NCBI GenBank assembly: GCA_963730185.1
Contig: CAVSQW010000013.1
Span: 96,001 to 160,000, forward strand
DNA length: 64,000 bases
Direction of reading: 5' to 3'
From: an uncultured Gemmatimonadales bacterium
GTDB lineage: Bacteria; Gemmatimonadota; Gemmatimonadetes; Gemmatimonadales; GWC2-71-9
Below the pieces are notes generated by a model. It did not search any database, was not told the DNA's origin, and saw only the letters and a list, made by a program, of their open reading frames with translations. The position numbers and the translations under genes are program-made. Position 1 is the stretch's first letter, and each line of letters starts with the position of its first letter. This document shows positions 46,117 through 60,804 of the stretch, one piece after another.

Positions 46117-48656
46117 ATGCTGGTGGCGATGGCGATCCTGGCGCTGGGCCAGAATCCAGTGGGCGGCGAAGCGGTGGCGTCCGGGCATCCCGTCGCCACG
46201 GCGGCCCGGACGGTCGCCGTGCGAGCCGTCCGGGCACCGGTGATCGACGGGCGTGACGACGATCCGGTGTGGCAGCACGCGGTCCGGATCGACGGGTTCT
46301 CCGAGTTCGATCCGGTCGAAGGCAAGGATCCGCGGTTCCGGACCGAGGGCCGGGTGGCCTACGACAGCCGGAACTTCTACGTCTTCGTCCGGATGTTCGA
46401 TCCGGAGCCGGATCGGATCCTCAAGCTGCTGGCCCGTCGCGACGTTCGGACGGCGAGCGACCAGATCAAGATCGTCATCGACTCGTACCACGACCGCCGC
46501 TCCGGCTACGAATTCGCCGTGAACCCGGCCGGCGTGAAGCGAGATTTCTCGATCTCCAACGACAACCACGAGGACCCGGCCTGGGACGGCGTCTGGGACG
46601 TGGCGACCACGGTCGACTCGTTGGGCTGGACGGCCGAGTTTCGGATTCCGCTCTCCCAGCTCCGGTACGGCGCGGCCGAGGTCCACACCTTCGGGTTCGG
46701 GATCTGGCGGGACATCGAGCGGTACAAAGAGCGGGTGAGCTGGCCGCTGTTCCGGCGGACCGACGCCGGCTTCGTGTCCCAGCTCGGCGAGGTCACCGGG
46801 CTCCGAGGGCTGGCGTCGCCTCGGCGGCTCGAGCTGAGCCCATACGCGGTGACCCGGAACGTCACCCGGCCGGTCGGTGACGGCTTCTCGCACCCACAGC
46901 AGCTCACGGCCGGACTCGATCTCAAGTACGGGGTGTCGTCGAATCTGACGTTGGACGCGACGGTGAATCCGGATTTCGGCCAGGTGGAGGCGGATCCGGC
47001 CGTGCTCAACCTCTCGGCGGTCGAGACGTTCTACCAGGAGCGGCGGCCGTTCTTCGTCGAGGGGAGCGGCCTCCTGAGCTTCCCGATCAACTGCTACGCG
47101 GTCCGCGACTGCGGTTCGGAGAATCTGTTCTATTCGCGCCGGATCGGGCGGGCACCCCAGCTGACCGACACCTACGGCGACGCCTCGTCCTCCCAGGGCA
47201 CCACGATCCTGGGCGCCGCCAAGCTCACCGGCCGGACGTCCGGTGGACTCTCGGTCGGGCTGCTCGAGGCGGTGACCGGCCGGGAACAGGGGACCCAGGG
47301 GCGGACCATCGAGCCCCGCTCCAGCTACTCCGTGGTCCGCGCGACCCAGGACCTGCGACAGGGCGAGACGACGATCGGCGTGATCGGCACGATCGTCGAC
47401 CGATCGAAGGACCAGTGGACCGGCCCGCTGCTTCGATCGAGCGCCCTGGTGGGAGGCGTCGATGTGCGCCATCGGGTCGGTCGTTTCGAGGCGAGCGGCC
47501 GGCTGGTCGGTTCGCGGGTCGGCGGCAGCGCCGAGGCGGTCGCGGCCACCCAGACCAACGCGGTGCACTACTTCCAGCGCCCCGACGCGGGGCTCGACTA
47601 CGATCCGACCCGGACCTCGCTCACCGGGACGTCCGAACAGCTCCGCTTCGCGAAAGTGAGCGGCGCCCGGCTCCATTTCGAGACGACCTATCAGCGGGTG
47701 TCGGCCGGCTTCGAAGCCAACGACCTCGGCTTTCTCCAGCGGGCGGACTGGCAGTCGCAGGCGACGTGGGCGCAGCTCGGGTGGAACCAGCCGGGTCCGT
47801 TCTTCCGCCAGCTCTACTGGAACTTCAATCAGTGGAACGAGTGGTCCGCGGGCGGCCTGACGCTGGACCACGGCGTCGGCACCAACGTGCACTTCTCGTT
47901 GCCCAACAACGTCTGGATGCATGCCGGGATCAGCGGCTCCGGCCTCGGGACGACCTACTGCGATCAGTGCGCCCGGGGGGGGCCGGCGCTTCGGGTCGAC
48001 GGAGGGTTCTCCAGCTGGGGCGGGATCGAAGGTGACGGCCGGCAGGTGATCGTGCCGAGCCTCTGGCTCAATTATGGGCGCCGGGATGGCGGCCGGAGCC
48101 GCTCGATCGGGATCAGTCCCTCGCTGAGCTTCCGGCTGGCCAACCGCTGGACCTCGTCGGTCGGCTTCAGCTACAACTGGAACCGGGACGACCGGCAGTG
48201 GTACGACGACTACACCGATTCGGCGGCCGTCACCCACTACACCTTCGCCCACCTCGAGCAGCGGACCGGGTCGGCCACCTTCCGGGTCAACTACACCGCT
48301 TCACCCACGCTGACCGTCCAGCTCTACGCCCAGCCCTTCGTGAGCAAGGGCCGGTACACCGACATCCGGGAGCTGGCCGATCCCCGGGCGCCGGCCTACG
48401 CCGACCGCTTCCAGCCCTACGGCGATCCGGCCGTGCGTGGCGATCCGGCCCAATTCAACTACCAGCAGTTCCGCTCCAACGCGGTGCTCCGCTGGGAGTA
48501 TCGTCCCGGGTCGACGCTCTTCGTGGTCTGGCAGCACGGTCGGGAGGACAGCGAAAGCCGCTCCGGAGACCGGTCGTTCTTCGGTGACGTCGGCCAGCTC
48601 TTCCGGACGCCGGCCGACAACACCATCCTGCTCAAGCTGTCGTACTGGATCGATCG

Positions 48657-48660
<4 letters not shown>
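46117..48660 (+). CDS. DUF5916 outer-membrane protein with N-terminal CBM9/DOMON-like domain
   Basis: [61 protein letters not shown]-terminal KLSYW. Confidence 0.85.
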
Positions 48661-52370
<3,710 letters not shown>

Positions 52371-52385
52371 CGGGGGAATCTCCTT

Positions 52386-52421
52386 AAAGCAAAGCCCGGC
52401 GAGCTAAAACGGGCGCCGGGC
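52386..52421 (-). terminator. Riboswitch expression platform: intrinsic terminator-like hairpin with U-tract
   Basis: GCCCGGCG-(CCCGUUUUAGCU)-CGCCGGGC followed by UUUGCUUU, directly before the metH SD. Confidence 0.7.
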
Positions 52422-52422
52422 A

Positions 52423-52472
52423 TGCGTTTTAGCTGGTTTTTAACGTGGCCGCAATCAGCACAAATTGCCACG
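52423..52472 (-). ncRNA. SAM-II (SAM-alpha-type) riboswitch aptamer, metH leader
   Basis: CGUGGC-AAUUUG-UGCUGAUUGC-G-GCCACG-UUAAAAACCA-GCUAAAAC-GCA; 42/50 identical to the yitJ copy, with a compensatory C-G to U-A change in P2. Confidence 0.88.
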
Positions 52473-52528
52473 GAACCGTCGGTTGTACCGCGAAGATAAG
52501 CAAGCGACGTGCCGACCGAAAGCGGCTG

Positions 52529-52574
52529 TCGTGAGTGGTGAGCAGGGAGTGAGTCGGCGGTAGGGAGTAGCGGG
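52529..52574 (+). repeat. Degenerate purine-rich heptamer repeats (TAGGGAG family)
   Basis: TCGTGAG TGGTGAG CAGGGAG ... TAGGGAG TAGCGGG. Confidence 0.5.
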
Positions 52575-52788
52575 GCGCCGAACCGGTCCGCGGCGCCGAA
52601 GGCTGATCTCCGAGAGCGGACCGCTCGGGTGTTCGGTTCCGGGACGCGGCGTTCCGGAGGCGCACAGGGGGACGTGAGTCCGAGATTGGTAAGCCGTTGT
52701 AGGAGAGTCGCTTACGATTTGAGCATTCGGGCACGGCGTCTGCCTTCCTAGGCACGACGAAGAAACATCCTGGCGGTGGGAGGACGGC

Positions 52789-53751
52789 GTGATCACAGCG
52801 GAGCTCTTCAACCAGCGAACGCCGTCGAGCGGGGTGCATGCGGCGCTCGATGCCGAGCGGGCGCGGGCGCGCGCGGTGCTGGGCGACCGCTATGACGTCC
52901 TCGAGTTGGTGGGGCACGGCGGGATGAGCCGGGTCTACCGCGGTCGGGAGCTCTGCACCGGCCGCGCGGTCGCGATCAAAATGCTGGCATCGCGGTATTC
53001 CGCGGTGCTGGCCGATCGGGAGCGCTTCCGGCGCGAGGCCGGGATCGCGGCGACCGTCAGGCATCCGAACATCGTCTCCTGCTTGGAATTCGTGCGCACC
53101 GGCCGCACCGTGGTGGCGGTGATGGAGTTCGTCGACGGGCCCACCCTCGCGCAGCGCCTCGAGGCCGTCGGGGCCCTCTCGCCCGCCGCCGTGCTCGGGC
53201 TGCTCGTGCCGATGGCGGCGGCGCTCGAGCACCTCCACGACAATCGAGTGGTGCACCTCGACGTCAAGCCGGCCAACATCCTCCTCCGCACGACCGACGG
53301 CGCTCCCTTCCTCACCGATTTCGGCATCGCGCTCCTCTGCACCTCGGAGCAGTCCCGAGCCGAGGTGAGCCGGCGGTTCGGCACGCCGGAGTTCATGTCG
53401 CCCGAGCAGTCGATGGGCTGGTGGGACGCCGATCACCGGAGCGACATCTACTCCCTCGGCCTGGTGGCCTACCGGGCCCTCGCCGGCCGGCTTCCCTATG
53501 CCGGTGGCAGTCCGGTCGCCCACGTCGCCCAGCGGACCTGCTTCGACGCGCCTCCGCTGGGACGGTTTGCCCCGCACGTCCCGGCCGCCCTGGCTCGAGT
53601 CATCGACCGGTGCCTGCTCCGCGATCCGAGGCGCCGTTGGGCCGGCGCGGGCGCGCTTCGGGAGGCACTGCTCGCCGTCGATCCGTCCGGGCGCCCCGTG
53701 TCCGCGACCTGGCGCGGCCGACTCGACGCCTTTCGCCGCCGGCGGGGGTAG
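52789..53751 (+). CDS. Cytoplasmic Hanks-type Ser/Thr protein kinase (non-RD)
   Basis: GHGGMSRVY, VAIKML, HLDVKPAN, DFG, GTPEFMSPEQ, SDIYSLG; no TM or sensor domain. Confidence 0.9.
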   Translation: MITAELFNQRTPSSGVHAALDAERARARAVLGDRYDVLELVGHGGMSRVYRGRELCTGRAVAIKMLASRYSAVLADRERFRREAGIAATVRHPNIVSCLEFVRTGRTVVAVMEFVDGPTLAQRLEAVGALSPAAVLGLLVPMAAALEHLHDNRVVHLDVKPANILLRTTDGAPFLTDFGIALLCTSEQSRAEVSRRFGTPEFMSPEQSMGWWDADHRSDIYSLGLVAYRALAGRLPYAGGSPVAHVAQRTCFDAPPLGRFAPHVPAALARVIDRCLLRDPRRRWAGAGALREALLAVDPSGRPVSATWRGRLDAFRRRRG

Positions 53752-53778
53752 TCGCCGCGGGGTCGATCAGGCCGTCTC

Positions 53779-53827
53779 CTCTTGACGATCGAGGGAAGGG
53801 GCGACATCTTCTCTCGACCGCCGAGAG
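53779..53827 (+). promoter_or_regulatory. sigma70 promoter TTGACG-N17-CATCTT with two 17-bp PadR-type operator palindromes
   Basis: CTCTTGA-CGA-TCGAGGG (53779-53795, over the -35) and CTCTCGA-CCG-CCGAGAG (53811-53827, over the TSS/SD). Confidence 0.65.
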
Positions 53828-53836
53828 GAAGATCGC

Positions 53837-54181
53837 ATGGCCCCCGATCGTACCGACCTGCTGCAGGGCACGATGGATCTCCTGATCCTCAAGATCCTCT
53901 CCCACGAGCCCATGCACGGCTGGGGGCTCACCCAGCGGATCGAACAGATCTCCCGCAACGTTCTCCAGGTGAATCAGGGCTCGCTCTACCCGGCCCTGGA
54001 GCGGCTCCGGCGCCGGGGCCTGATTCGCTCCGAGTGGCGTCTCACCGAAAACAACCGGCGGGCCCGGTACTACGACCTCACCTCGGCCGGTCGGAAGCAG
54101 CTGGCGGTCGAGCGGGAGCAATGGGAGCGCTCGGCCCAGGCGGTGAACCTGATCCTGGACTGGGCCGGAGGTGCGGCATGA
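53837..54181 (+). CDS. PadR family transcriptional regulator (Acidobacterial type)
   Basis: [40 protein letters not shown]. Confidence 0.93.
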   Translation: MAPDRTDLLQGTMDLLILKILSHEPMHGWGLTQRIEQISRNVLQVNQGSLYPALERLRRRGLIRSEWRLTENNRRARYYDLTSAGRKQLAVEREQWERSAQAVNLILDWAGGAA

Positions 54182-56865
54182 GCCTGCTCTCGGACCTCCG
54201 GGCCCGTCTCGGATCGCTGTTTGGCCGGCGGGCCGCCGATCACGAGCTCGACGAGGAGCTTCGTTTTCACGTCGACATGGAAGCCGCGAAGTACGAGCGG
54301 ACCGGTCTCTCGCCGGCGGATGCCCGGCGGCAAGCGGTGATCCGTCTGGGACGGGTGAGCCAGACGGCCGAGGACACCCGGGACGCGCGGGGCGTTCGCT
54401 GGCTGGAGGATCTGGGGCGGGACCTCCGGCACGGCGCCCGACAGCTCCGGCGGACACCCGGCTTTACCCTGGCCGCGGTGACGACGCTCGCGCTCGGGAT
54501 CGGGGCGACGACGGCCATCTTCTCCGTCGTCAACGCCGTGCTGCTTCGCCGGGTTCCGTTCACGGCCCCGGACCGGCTGGTGGTGGTCTGGGAGACCGAC
54601 CGTCAGAGCGGCACCAGCCACGAGCCGTCGGCCTGGCCGGACTACGTCGATTTCGCTCGGCGGGTCCGGACCCTCGAGCGCGTCGTGGCCCTGGCGGGGG
54701 GCGTGGGGGCACTCTCTCCGACCGGGGAGGAGCCGGTCCGGCTCGCGGCCGTCCGGGTGACGCACGGCTACTTCGCCCTGCTCGGGGTCCAGCCGCTGGT
54801 GGGTCGAGTGTTCAGCGCCGAGGAGGATCGACCCGGTGGGCCGGCGGTGGTGCTCCTGGGCGAGGATCTCTGGCGCACCCGCTATGGGGCCGACCCGGCC
54901 GTGGTGGGGCGGACGATCCGGATCAACGAGACCGACTATCAGGTGCTTGGCGTGATGCCGGAGGCGGCCGACTTCGGTCTGGACCAGCTGCACCAGCGGG
55001 CCGACTACCACTCCGAATACGTCGCGAGCGGCCACGTGGACCTCTGGGCGCCGCTCGACGCGAGCGAGCAGCAGTTCTCCCGGGACACCCATCCGTTCCT
55101 GGTGCTCGGCCGGTTGGCGCCGGGCGCGTCGGTGGCGACCGCCCGGGACGAGCTGTCGGGGATCATGGCCGACCTGGAGACGACCTATCCCCGCTCGAAC
55201 AAGGCGCGCGGTGCCAACGTCGAGTCGCTCGATCACGTCGTCTTCGGGCCGGTCCGGCCGGTGCTCCTGCTCTTGGTCGTCGCGGTCGGACTGGTGTTGC
55301 TGGTGGCCTGCGTGAACGTCGCCAACCTGCTCCTGGCGCGGGGCGCCGTACGGGTCCAGGAGGTCGCGGTGCGGGGGGCGCTGGGTGCCGGGGCGGGCCG
55401 CTTGGGACGCCAGTTCCTGGCGGAGGCCGTGCTGCTCACCGGGATCGGAGCGGTGGGCGGGGTGGGGCTGGCCTACTTGGCCCTTCACGGCCTTGGATCG
55501 CTGGTGCCGCCCGGGTTACCGCGGGTCGACACGGTCGACATCGACCTTCGGGTCTTGCTGGTGACGCTGGCGGTGTCGATCGGGGTGGGGGTGGCCTTCG
55601 GTCTGGTGCCCACCCTGCAGGCGCGCCGGGTCGATCCGATGACCGCGATCACGGCCGAAGGACGCTCGGGCGGCGGCGGGCTCCGCCGCGCCCGCTTCCG
55701 CCAAGCGCTCGTCGTGGCGGAGCTGGCACTCTCGGTGGCCCTCGTGGTGTCCGCGGGGCTGCTGGTTCGGAGCCTCTGGACCGTGCTCCGGGTAAACCCG
55801 GGCTTCGATGTGCGCCAGGTGGTGAAGGCGGAGTACCAGCTGGCGCCGAAGCGCTATCCCACCGACTACTCGAAGTGGCCCCGCTTCTCCGAGATCCTCG
55901 ATTTCGACCAGCGGTTGCTCGATCGGGCGGGCCGGATTCCGGGCGCGACCGAAGTCGCGCTGGCCGGCGCCCAGCCGCTCGATCGTGGGTTCACCAACTC
56001 GTTCACCATCGTCGGACGCGAGGCCGAGTCGCGCGGCTGGCCGGAGATCCCGGTCCGCCAGGTGAGCCCGGGGTACTTCGCGACCATGCGGGTGCCCCTC
56101 GTGCGCGGCCGCCTCTTCACCGCGGGTGACGACGCGGACCACGCCCCCGTCGGCCTGATCAACGAAGCGGCCGTGAAGCGGTACTTCCCCGGCGCCGACC
56201 CGATCGGCCAGGAGATCCGCTATTGGGGCATCGCCCGGCGGATCGTCGGGGTGGTGGCCGACGAGCGGTTCTACGGAGTGACCGAGCCGGCGCCGCCCGC
56301 GACCTACCTTCCGGTCGGGCAGGCCCCCGGCCGCGGCGGGGTGCTGCTGGTGCGGGCCTCGGGCGACGTTCGGGCCGTGGCCGCCGATCTCCGGGCCGTG
56401 TTCCACGACGTGGATCCCGAGCTCGCCATCTACGGAGTCGAGCCCCTGGCGACCACGCTTCGGGAGTCGGTCGCCGAGCGGCGGTTCACGGCCCTGCTCC
56501 TCGGCGCGTTCGGGCTGGTGACGGTTTTGCTTGCCCTGGTCGGGATCCACGGGGTGATCGGCTACGCGACGACTCAGCGCTCCCATGAGATCGGGATCCG
56601 GGTGGCCTTGGGGGCGACCCGGGGCGACGTGACCGCGCTGGTGATGCGGAGCGGCCTCGGCCTGGCGGTCGCGGGGACCATCCTCGGCCTGGCCGGCGCG
56701 ATGGCCGGTTCGAGCCTCCTGGCCGGCTTCTTGTTCGGAGTGGGCCGCCTCGACCCGATCACCTTTCTCGTGGTGCCGGCGGTCGTCCTGCTGGCCACCG
56801 CCGTCGCGACCTGGCTGCCCGCCCGGCGCGCCGCCCGGGCCGAGCCCCTCGACTCGTTGAGATAG
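54178..56865 (+). CDS. ADOP-type duplicated permease with N-terminal prefix domain
   Basis: [11 protein letters not shown]...DARRQA prefix, [41 protein letters not shown] overlap with padR. Confidence 0.92.
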   Translation: MSLLSDLRARLGSLFGRRAADHELDEELRFHVDMEAAKYERTGLSPADARRQAVIRLGRVSQTAEDTRDARGVRWLEDLGRDLRHGARQLRRTPGFTLAAVTTLALGIGATTAIFSVVNAVLLRRVPFTAPDRLVVVWETDRQSGTSHEPSAWPDYVDFARRVRTLERVVALAGGVGALSPTGEEPVRLAAVRVTHGYFALLGVQPLVGRVFSAEEDRPGGPAVVLLGEDLWRTRYGADPAVVGRTIRINETDYQVLGVMPEAADFGLDQLHQRADYHSEYVASGHVDLWAPLDASEQQFSRDTHPFLVLGRLAPGASVATARDELSGIMADLETTYPRSNKARGANVESLDHVVFGPVRPVLLLLVVAVGLVLLVACVNVANLLLARGAVRVQEVAVRGALGAGAGRLGRQFLAEAVLLTGIGAVGGVGLAYLALHGLGSLVPPGLPRVDTVDIDLRVLLVTLAVSIGVGVAFGLVPTLQARRVDPMTAITAEGRSGGGGLRRARFRQALVVAELALSVALVVSAGLLVRSLWTVLRVNPGFDVRQVVKAEYQLAPKRYPTDYSKWPRFSEILDFDQRLLDRAGRIPGATEVALAGAQPLDRGFTNSFTIVGREAESRGWPEIPVRQVSPGYFATMRVPLVRGRLFTAGDDADHAPVGLINEAAVKRYFPGADPIGQEIRYWGIARRIVGVVADERFYGVTEPAPPATYLPVGQAPGRGGVLLVRASGDVRAVAADLRAVFHDVDPELAIYGVEPLATTLRESVAERRFTALLLGAFGLVTVLLALVGIHGVIGYATTQRSHEIGIRVALGATRGDVTALVMRSGLGLAVAGTILGLAGAMAGSSLLAGFLFGVGRLDPITFLVVPAVVLLATAVATWLPARRAARAEPLDSLR

Positions 56866-57025
56866 TGACTAGGGAGTAGTGACTGGGGAGTAGGGAGGGA
56901 GCAATGAGTCGGGAGCGGGGTGGCGTTGCCGGCCCAACTCCCCCTATCTCCCGCTCCCTCCCCTACTCCCTATCCCCTACTCCCTCCCTACTCCCTACTC
57001 CCTATTCACGAATCACAACTCCCTA
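56863..57025. repeat. Inverted heptamer-repeat element (TAGGGAG)n ... (CTCCCTA)n
   Basis: Left arm TAGTGAC TAGGGAG TAGTGAC TGGGGAG TAGGGAG; right arm CTCCCTA TCCCCTA ... CTCCCTA x3 TTCACGA ATCACAA CTCCCTA. Confidence 0.75.
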
Positions 57026-57070
57026 CAATACCTTTCGAGGTCCGCCGTCGGAGGTCGCATTCTGAGGGTC

Positions 57071-58090
57071 ATGCTTCTTTCCCGGCTCGGGTCCTTCGAC
57101 GAGCGGCCTGAGCCGCTCGAGCTTGCCGAGCGCCCCGACCCCGAGCCGGGTCCGGGCGAGGTGGTGGTCCGAGTTACCGCCTGCGGGGTCTGCCACACCG
57201 ATCTGGACATCATCGAGGGCCGGACGGCGCCACCGGCGCTTCCGGTTGTGCTCGGCCATCAAGTGGTCGGGTGGGTGGAGCGACTGGGGGCGGGGGCGCG
57301 GGGGCTGGACGTCGGCGACCGGGTCGGCGTAGCGTGGATTGCCGGCGCCTGCGGTCGATGCGACTGGTGCGCCCGGGGGCTCGAGAACCTCTGCCCCGAG
57401 TTCCAGGCCACCGGGCGAGACGTCGACGGTGGCTATGCCGAGCGGGTGGTGGTCGCGGCGGACTTCGCGCACCCGTTGGCCGCCTCGCTCGACGACGTCC
57501 GGACCGCGCCGTTGCTCTGCGCCGGAGCGATCGGGTATCGCTCGCTGTCGCTGACCCGGCTCGAGAACGGCCAGCCCCTTGGCCTCACCGGCTTCGGGGC
57601 CTCAGGGCACCTGGTCCTCAAGCTGGTGCGGGCGCGGTTCCCCGCCAGCGAGGTCTATGTGTTTGCCCGGAGCGAGGTGGAGCGCGATTTCGCGCGCTCG
57701 TTGGGGGCGGTCTGGGCCGGGGCCATCGGCGAGCGGCCACCCCGCCGGCTCCGGGCGGTGGTCGACACCACCCCGGTCTGGCGGCCGGTGGTCGAGGCGC
57801 TCCGGACCCTGGAGCCGGGCGGCCGGTTGGTGATCAACGCGATCCGCAAGGTCGACGCCGATCGGGGCGTGTTGGCCGAGATCGATTACGCCGAGGATCT
57901 CTGGATGGAGAAGGAGATCAAGAGCGTTGCCAACGTGACCCGGGCCGACGTGCGGGAATTCCTGGCCCTGGCGGCGGAGCTCGAGCTCCAGCCCGAGGTC
58001 GAGACCTTTCCCCTGACCGACGCCAATCGCGCCCTGCGCGCCATCCGGGAGGGCGGGCAGCGAGGCGCGAAAGTGCTGGTGGTGACGTAG
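57071..58090 (+). CDS. Zinc-binding alcohol dehydrogenase family protein
   Basis: CGVCHTD, GHQVVG, CGRCDWC...C structural zinc, APLLCAGAIGYRSL, GFGASG. Confidence 0.92.
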   Translation: MLLSRLGSFDERPEPLELAERPDPEPGPGEVVVRVTACGVCHTDLDIIEGRTAPPALPVVLGHQVVGWVERLGAGARGLDVGDRVGVAWIAGACGRCDWCARGLENLCPEFQATGRDVDGGYAERVVVAADFAHPLAASLDDVRTAPLLCAGAIGYRSLSLTRLENGQPLGLTGFGASGHLVLKLVRARFPASEVYVFARSEVERDFARSLGAVWAGAIGERPPRRLRAVVDTTPVWRPVVEALRTLEPGGRLVINAIRKVDADRGVLAEIDYAEDLWMEKEIKSVANVTRADVREFLALAAELELQPEVETFPLTDANRALRAIREGGQRGAKVLVVT

Positions 58091-58097
58091 GCGCGGC

Positions 58098-59687
58098 TCA
58101 GTGCCCGGCGGCTCCGGAGCCTCGGAGCCGGCCGGTCTTGAAGAGCAGCAGCAGCGGGATCGCGATCAGGAACACCCCACCCATCAGCAGGAAGACCCGG
58201 TCGAACGCGATGACCGCGGCCTGCTTCCGGACCAGGTAGTCGAGCGCCGCCCAGGCCCGAGCGGAGGCCTGCTCGGCCGAAGCGCTCACCGCCATGAATT
58301 TCCGGGTCAGGCCCTCGATCCGCGCCATGGTGGCCGGCTCGGCGGGGTTGAGGTGGGTCCGAAGGCCTTCCCGGGCGTGCTCGGTGTACCGGGTCACGAC
58401 GGTCGCGATGGCCGCGATCCCGAAGCTGCCGCCGAGCTGCCGCGCCAGCGAGTACAAGCCGGTGCCCTGGCCATACTGCGCCGGGCGGAGATCGGCGATC
58501 GCCGCGGCCGTGAGGGGCGGGAAGATCATTCCCAGGCCGATGCCGCGGAGAATGAGCGGGAAGGTGATGTCGGCGGCCCCGACCTCGGACGTGAACCGGG
58601 AGTGGAGGAGCATCGCCACGAAGAAGATGCCGATCCCCAGCGCGATCAGGCCGCGAACGTCGACGTTGTTGTTGATCCGGCCCATCGCCGCCATGGTCAC
58701 GGCGCTGGCCAGGGCGCCCGGCAGCATGATCCAGCCGGTCTCCGCCGGACCCAGGCCCACCACGTTCTGGACGAAGACGGGCAGGGCGAACACGCTGGCA
58801 TAGAGGGCGAACCCGAGCGCCGCGCCGAAGACCATCCCCGCCGCGAGCTGCCGGTTCTTGAGGATCCGGAGATCCACGATCGGATGCTCGGTGGTGAGCT
58901 CGTGCCAGATGAAGGCGATCACCCCGAACGCCGCGAGGGCGGCTTCGACCCGGATCTCGGTGGACTGGAACCAGTCGTGCGCGCCCCCCCGTTCGAGCAG
59001 CACCTGGAGCGAGCCGATGCCCAGCGCCAGCAGGGCCACCCCGGGCCAGTCGATGGAGCTGGACCGGTGGAGCTTGGACTCGGGCTCGGGGACCAGCCGC
59101 CAGCAGAGCGAGCCGGCCAGGATCCCGATCGGGAGGTTGATGTAGAAGATCCAGGGCCAGGAGTAGTTCTCGGTGATCCACCCGCCCAAGGTCGGGCCCA
59201 GGGCCGGACCGACCATGACGCTGATCCCGAAGATGGCCATCCCGATGGCCCGTTCGTCGGGCGGAAAGACGTCGAAGATGATCGCCTGCGCGGTGGAGAT
59301 CAGGGCGCCCCCGCCCACCCCCTGCACGACCCGCCAGAAGACCAGCCCCTCGAGGGTGGAGGCCTGGCCGCAGAGGTAGGACGCGACCGTGAAGAGCGCG
59401 ATCGAGCCCACGTAGTAGTTCCGTCGCCCGAATCGATCGGCCAGCCAGCTGGTAAGCGGCAGGACGATCACGTTGGCCACGATGTAGCCGGTGGAGACCC
59501 AGGAGATCTCTTCCAGCGTGGCGCCGAGGTTCCCCATCATGGTGGGGAGGGCCACGTTGACGATGCTGGTGTCGACCAGCTCGAGCACGCTGGCGAGCGC
59601 CACCGCGAACGAGATCAGGTAGCGGGCGCGGTAGATCTCCGACCGCGCGAGCGGCGGCCGCGCGGCGGGCAGGGCGATCGAGGTCAC
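58098..59687 (-). CDS. emrB: DHA2 family (EmrB/QacA) MFS efflux permease
   Basis: DTSIVNVALP, WLADRFGRR, GPTLGGWIT, WIFYINLPIG, RQLGGSFG. Confidence 0.9.
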   Translation of the reverse strand: MTSIALPAARPPLARSEIYRARYLISFAVALASVLELVDTSIVNVALPTMMGNLGATLEEISWVSTGYIVANVIVLPLTSWLADRFGRRNYYVGSIALFTVASYLCGQASTLEGLVFWRVVQGVGGGALISTAQAIIFDVFPPDERAIGMAIFGISVMVGPALGPTLGGWITENYSWPWIFYINLPIGILAGSLCWRLVPEPESKLHRSSSIDWPGVALLALGIGSLQVLLERGGAHDWFQSTEIRVEAALAAFGVIAFIWHELTTEHPIVDLRILKNRQLAAGMVFGAALGFALYASVFALPVFVQNVVGLGPAETGWIMLPGALASAVTMAAMGRINNNVDVRGLIALGIGIFFVAMLLHSRFTSEVGAADITFPLILRGIGLGMIFPPLTAAAIADLRPAQYGQGTGLYSLARQLGGSFGIAAIATVVTRYTEHAREGLRTHLNPAEPATMARIEGLTRKFMAVSASAEQASARAWAALDYLVRKQAAVIAFDRVFLLMGGVFLIAIPLLLLFKTGRLRGSGAAGH

Positions 59688-59694
59688 GCCGGGC

Positions 59695-60804
59695 TCAGTT
59701 GGTGACGATGCTCACGTCGACCGACATCCCCGGTCGGAGCGGGTGGGCCTCGTCCTGACCCGGGTCGACCGCGATCCGGACCGGGACCCGCTGCACCACC
59801 TTGGTGAAGTTGCCGGTCGCGTTGTCCGGCGGGAGCAGGGCGAACCGGGCTCCGGTGGCCGGGCTCACGCTCTCGACCGTTCCGTGGAAGGTGGCGCCCG
59901 GGTAGGCGTCGACCGAGAATTCGACCGGGGCGCCGATCGAGACGCGGGCCAGCTCGGTTTCCTTCAGATTGGCGGTGACCCAGACCTGCTCGTCCGGCAC
60001 GATCGACAGCAGACTCTGGCCGACCTGCACGAGCGTCCCCGGCTCGACCGCGCGCTCGGCGACCACGCCGGACGCCGACGCGAGAATCACGGTGTACCCG
60101 AGCTGGAGCCGGGCGTTCTCGACCTGGGCCTTGGCCGCGCTGAGCCGGGCATTGGCCACCCGGACGCCCGCTTGGGCAGCCTTGCTCTGGCTCGACGCCG
60201 CGGCGGCCTGCCCCTGCGCGGCCTCGAGGCCGGCCTTGGCGCTCTCCACCGCCCACGTGGCCTGATCGAGCTGCTGGGGCGGGATGATCTTCCGATCGGC
60301 GAGGCTCTGATAGCGCTTGAGATCGCTCTCGGCCTTGGCCAGGGCGGCCCGGGCCGCCGTCACCTCGGCCGCGGCCGAGCCGGCCTGGGCGACGCGGCTG
60401 GCCGCCTCGGCGTTGGCCTGGCCCGCCTGTCCGCCCCGGCCCACCTGGGCCTGGACGCTGGCCAGGTCGGCCTCGGCCTGATCCAGCCGGACCCGGAAGT
60501 CGCGATCGTCGAGCACGACCAGGGTGTCGCCGGCCTTCACATGCTGATTGTCGTCGATCAGCACCCGGGCGACGAAGCCCTGGACCCGGGGCGACACGGC
60601 CGTGATGTGGCCGTCGATCTGGGCGTTGTCGGTCGTCACGTGATGCCGGGCGAACTGGAAGCGCCGCCACCCGTAGATCCCCCCGGCGACGACGATCGCC
60701 GCCACCACCAGGATCGGCACGAGCGAGCGCCGCTTGGCGGACGCGCCGGCGACGGGCATCTCTCCAGAGACTGCGGTCATGGTCCCACTCTCCTCACGGC
60801 TCAC
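59695..60804 (-). CDS. emrA: HlyD/EmrA family membrane fusion protein
   Basis: TDNAQIDG, ANLKET, PATGARFALLPPDNATGNFTKVVQRVPVRI, LRPGMS. Confidence 0.9.
   Translation of the reverse strand: MSREESGTMTAVSGEMPVAGASAKRRSLVPILVVAAIVVAGGIYGWRRFQFARHHVTTDNAQIDGHITAVSPRVQGFVARVLIDDNQHVKAGDTLVVLDDRDFRVRLDQAEADLASVQAQVGRGGQAGQANAEAASRVAQAGSAAAEVTAARAALAKAESDLKRYQSLADRKIIPPQQLDQATWAVESAKAGLEAAQGQAAAASSQSKAAQAGVRVANARLSAAKAQVENARLQLGYTVILASASGVVAERAVEPGTLVQVGQSLLSIVPDEQVWVTANLKETELARVSIGAPVEFSVDAYPGATFHGTVESVSPATGARFALLPPDNATGNFTKVVQRVPVRIAVDPGQDEAHPLRPGMSVDVSIVTN

Noticed and set aside
56863..57025. Heptamer array as a CRISPR array or IS end
   Set aside because: No 23-47-bp repeats with unique spacers, no cas or transposase gene, and no clear target-site duplication.
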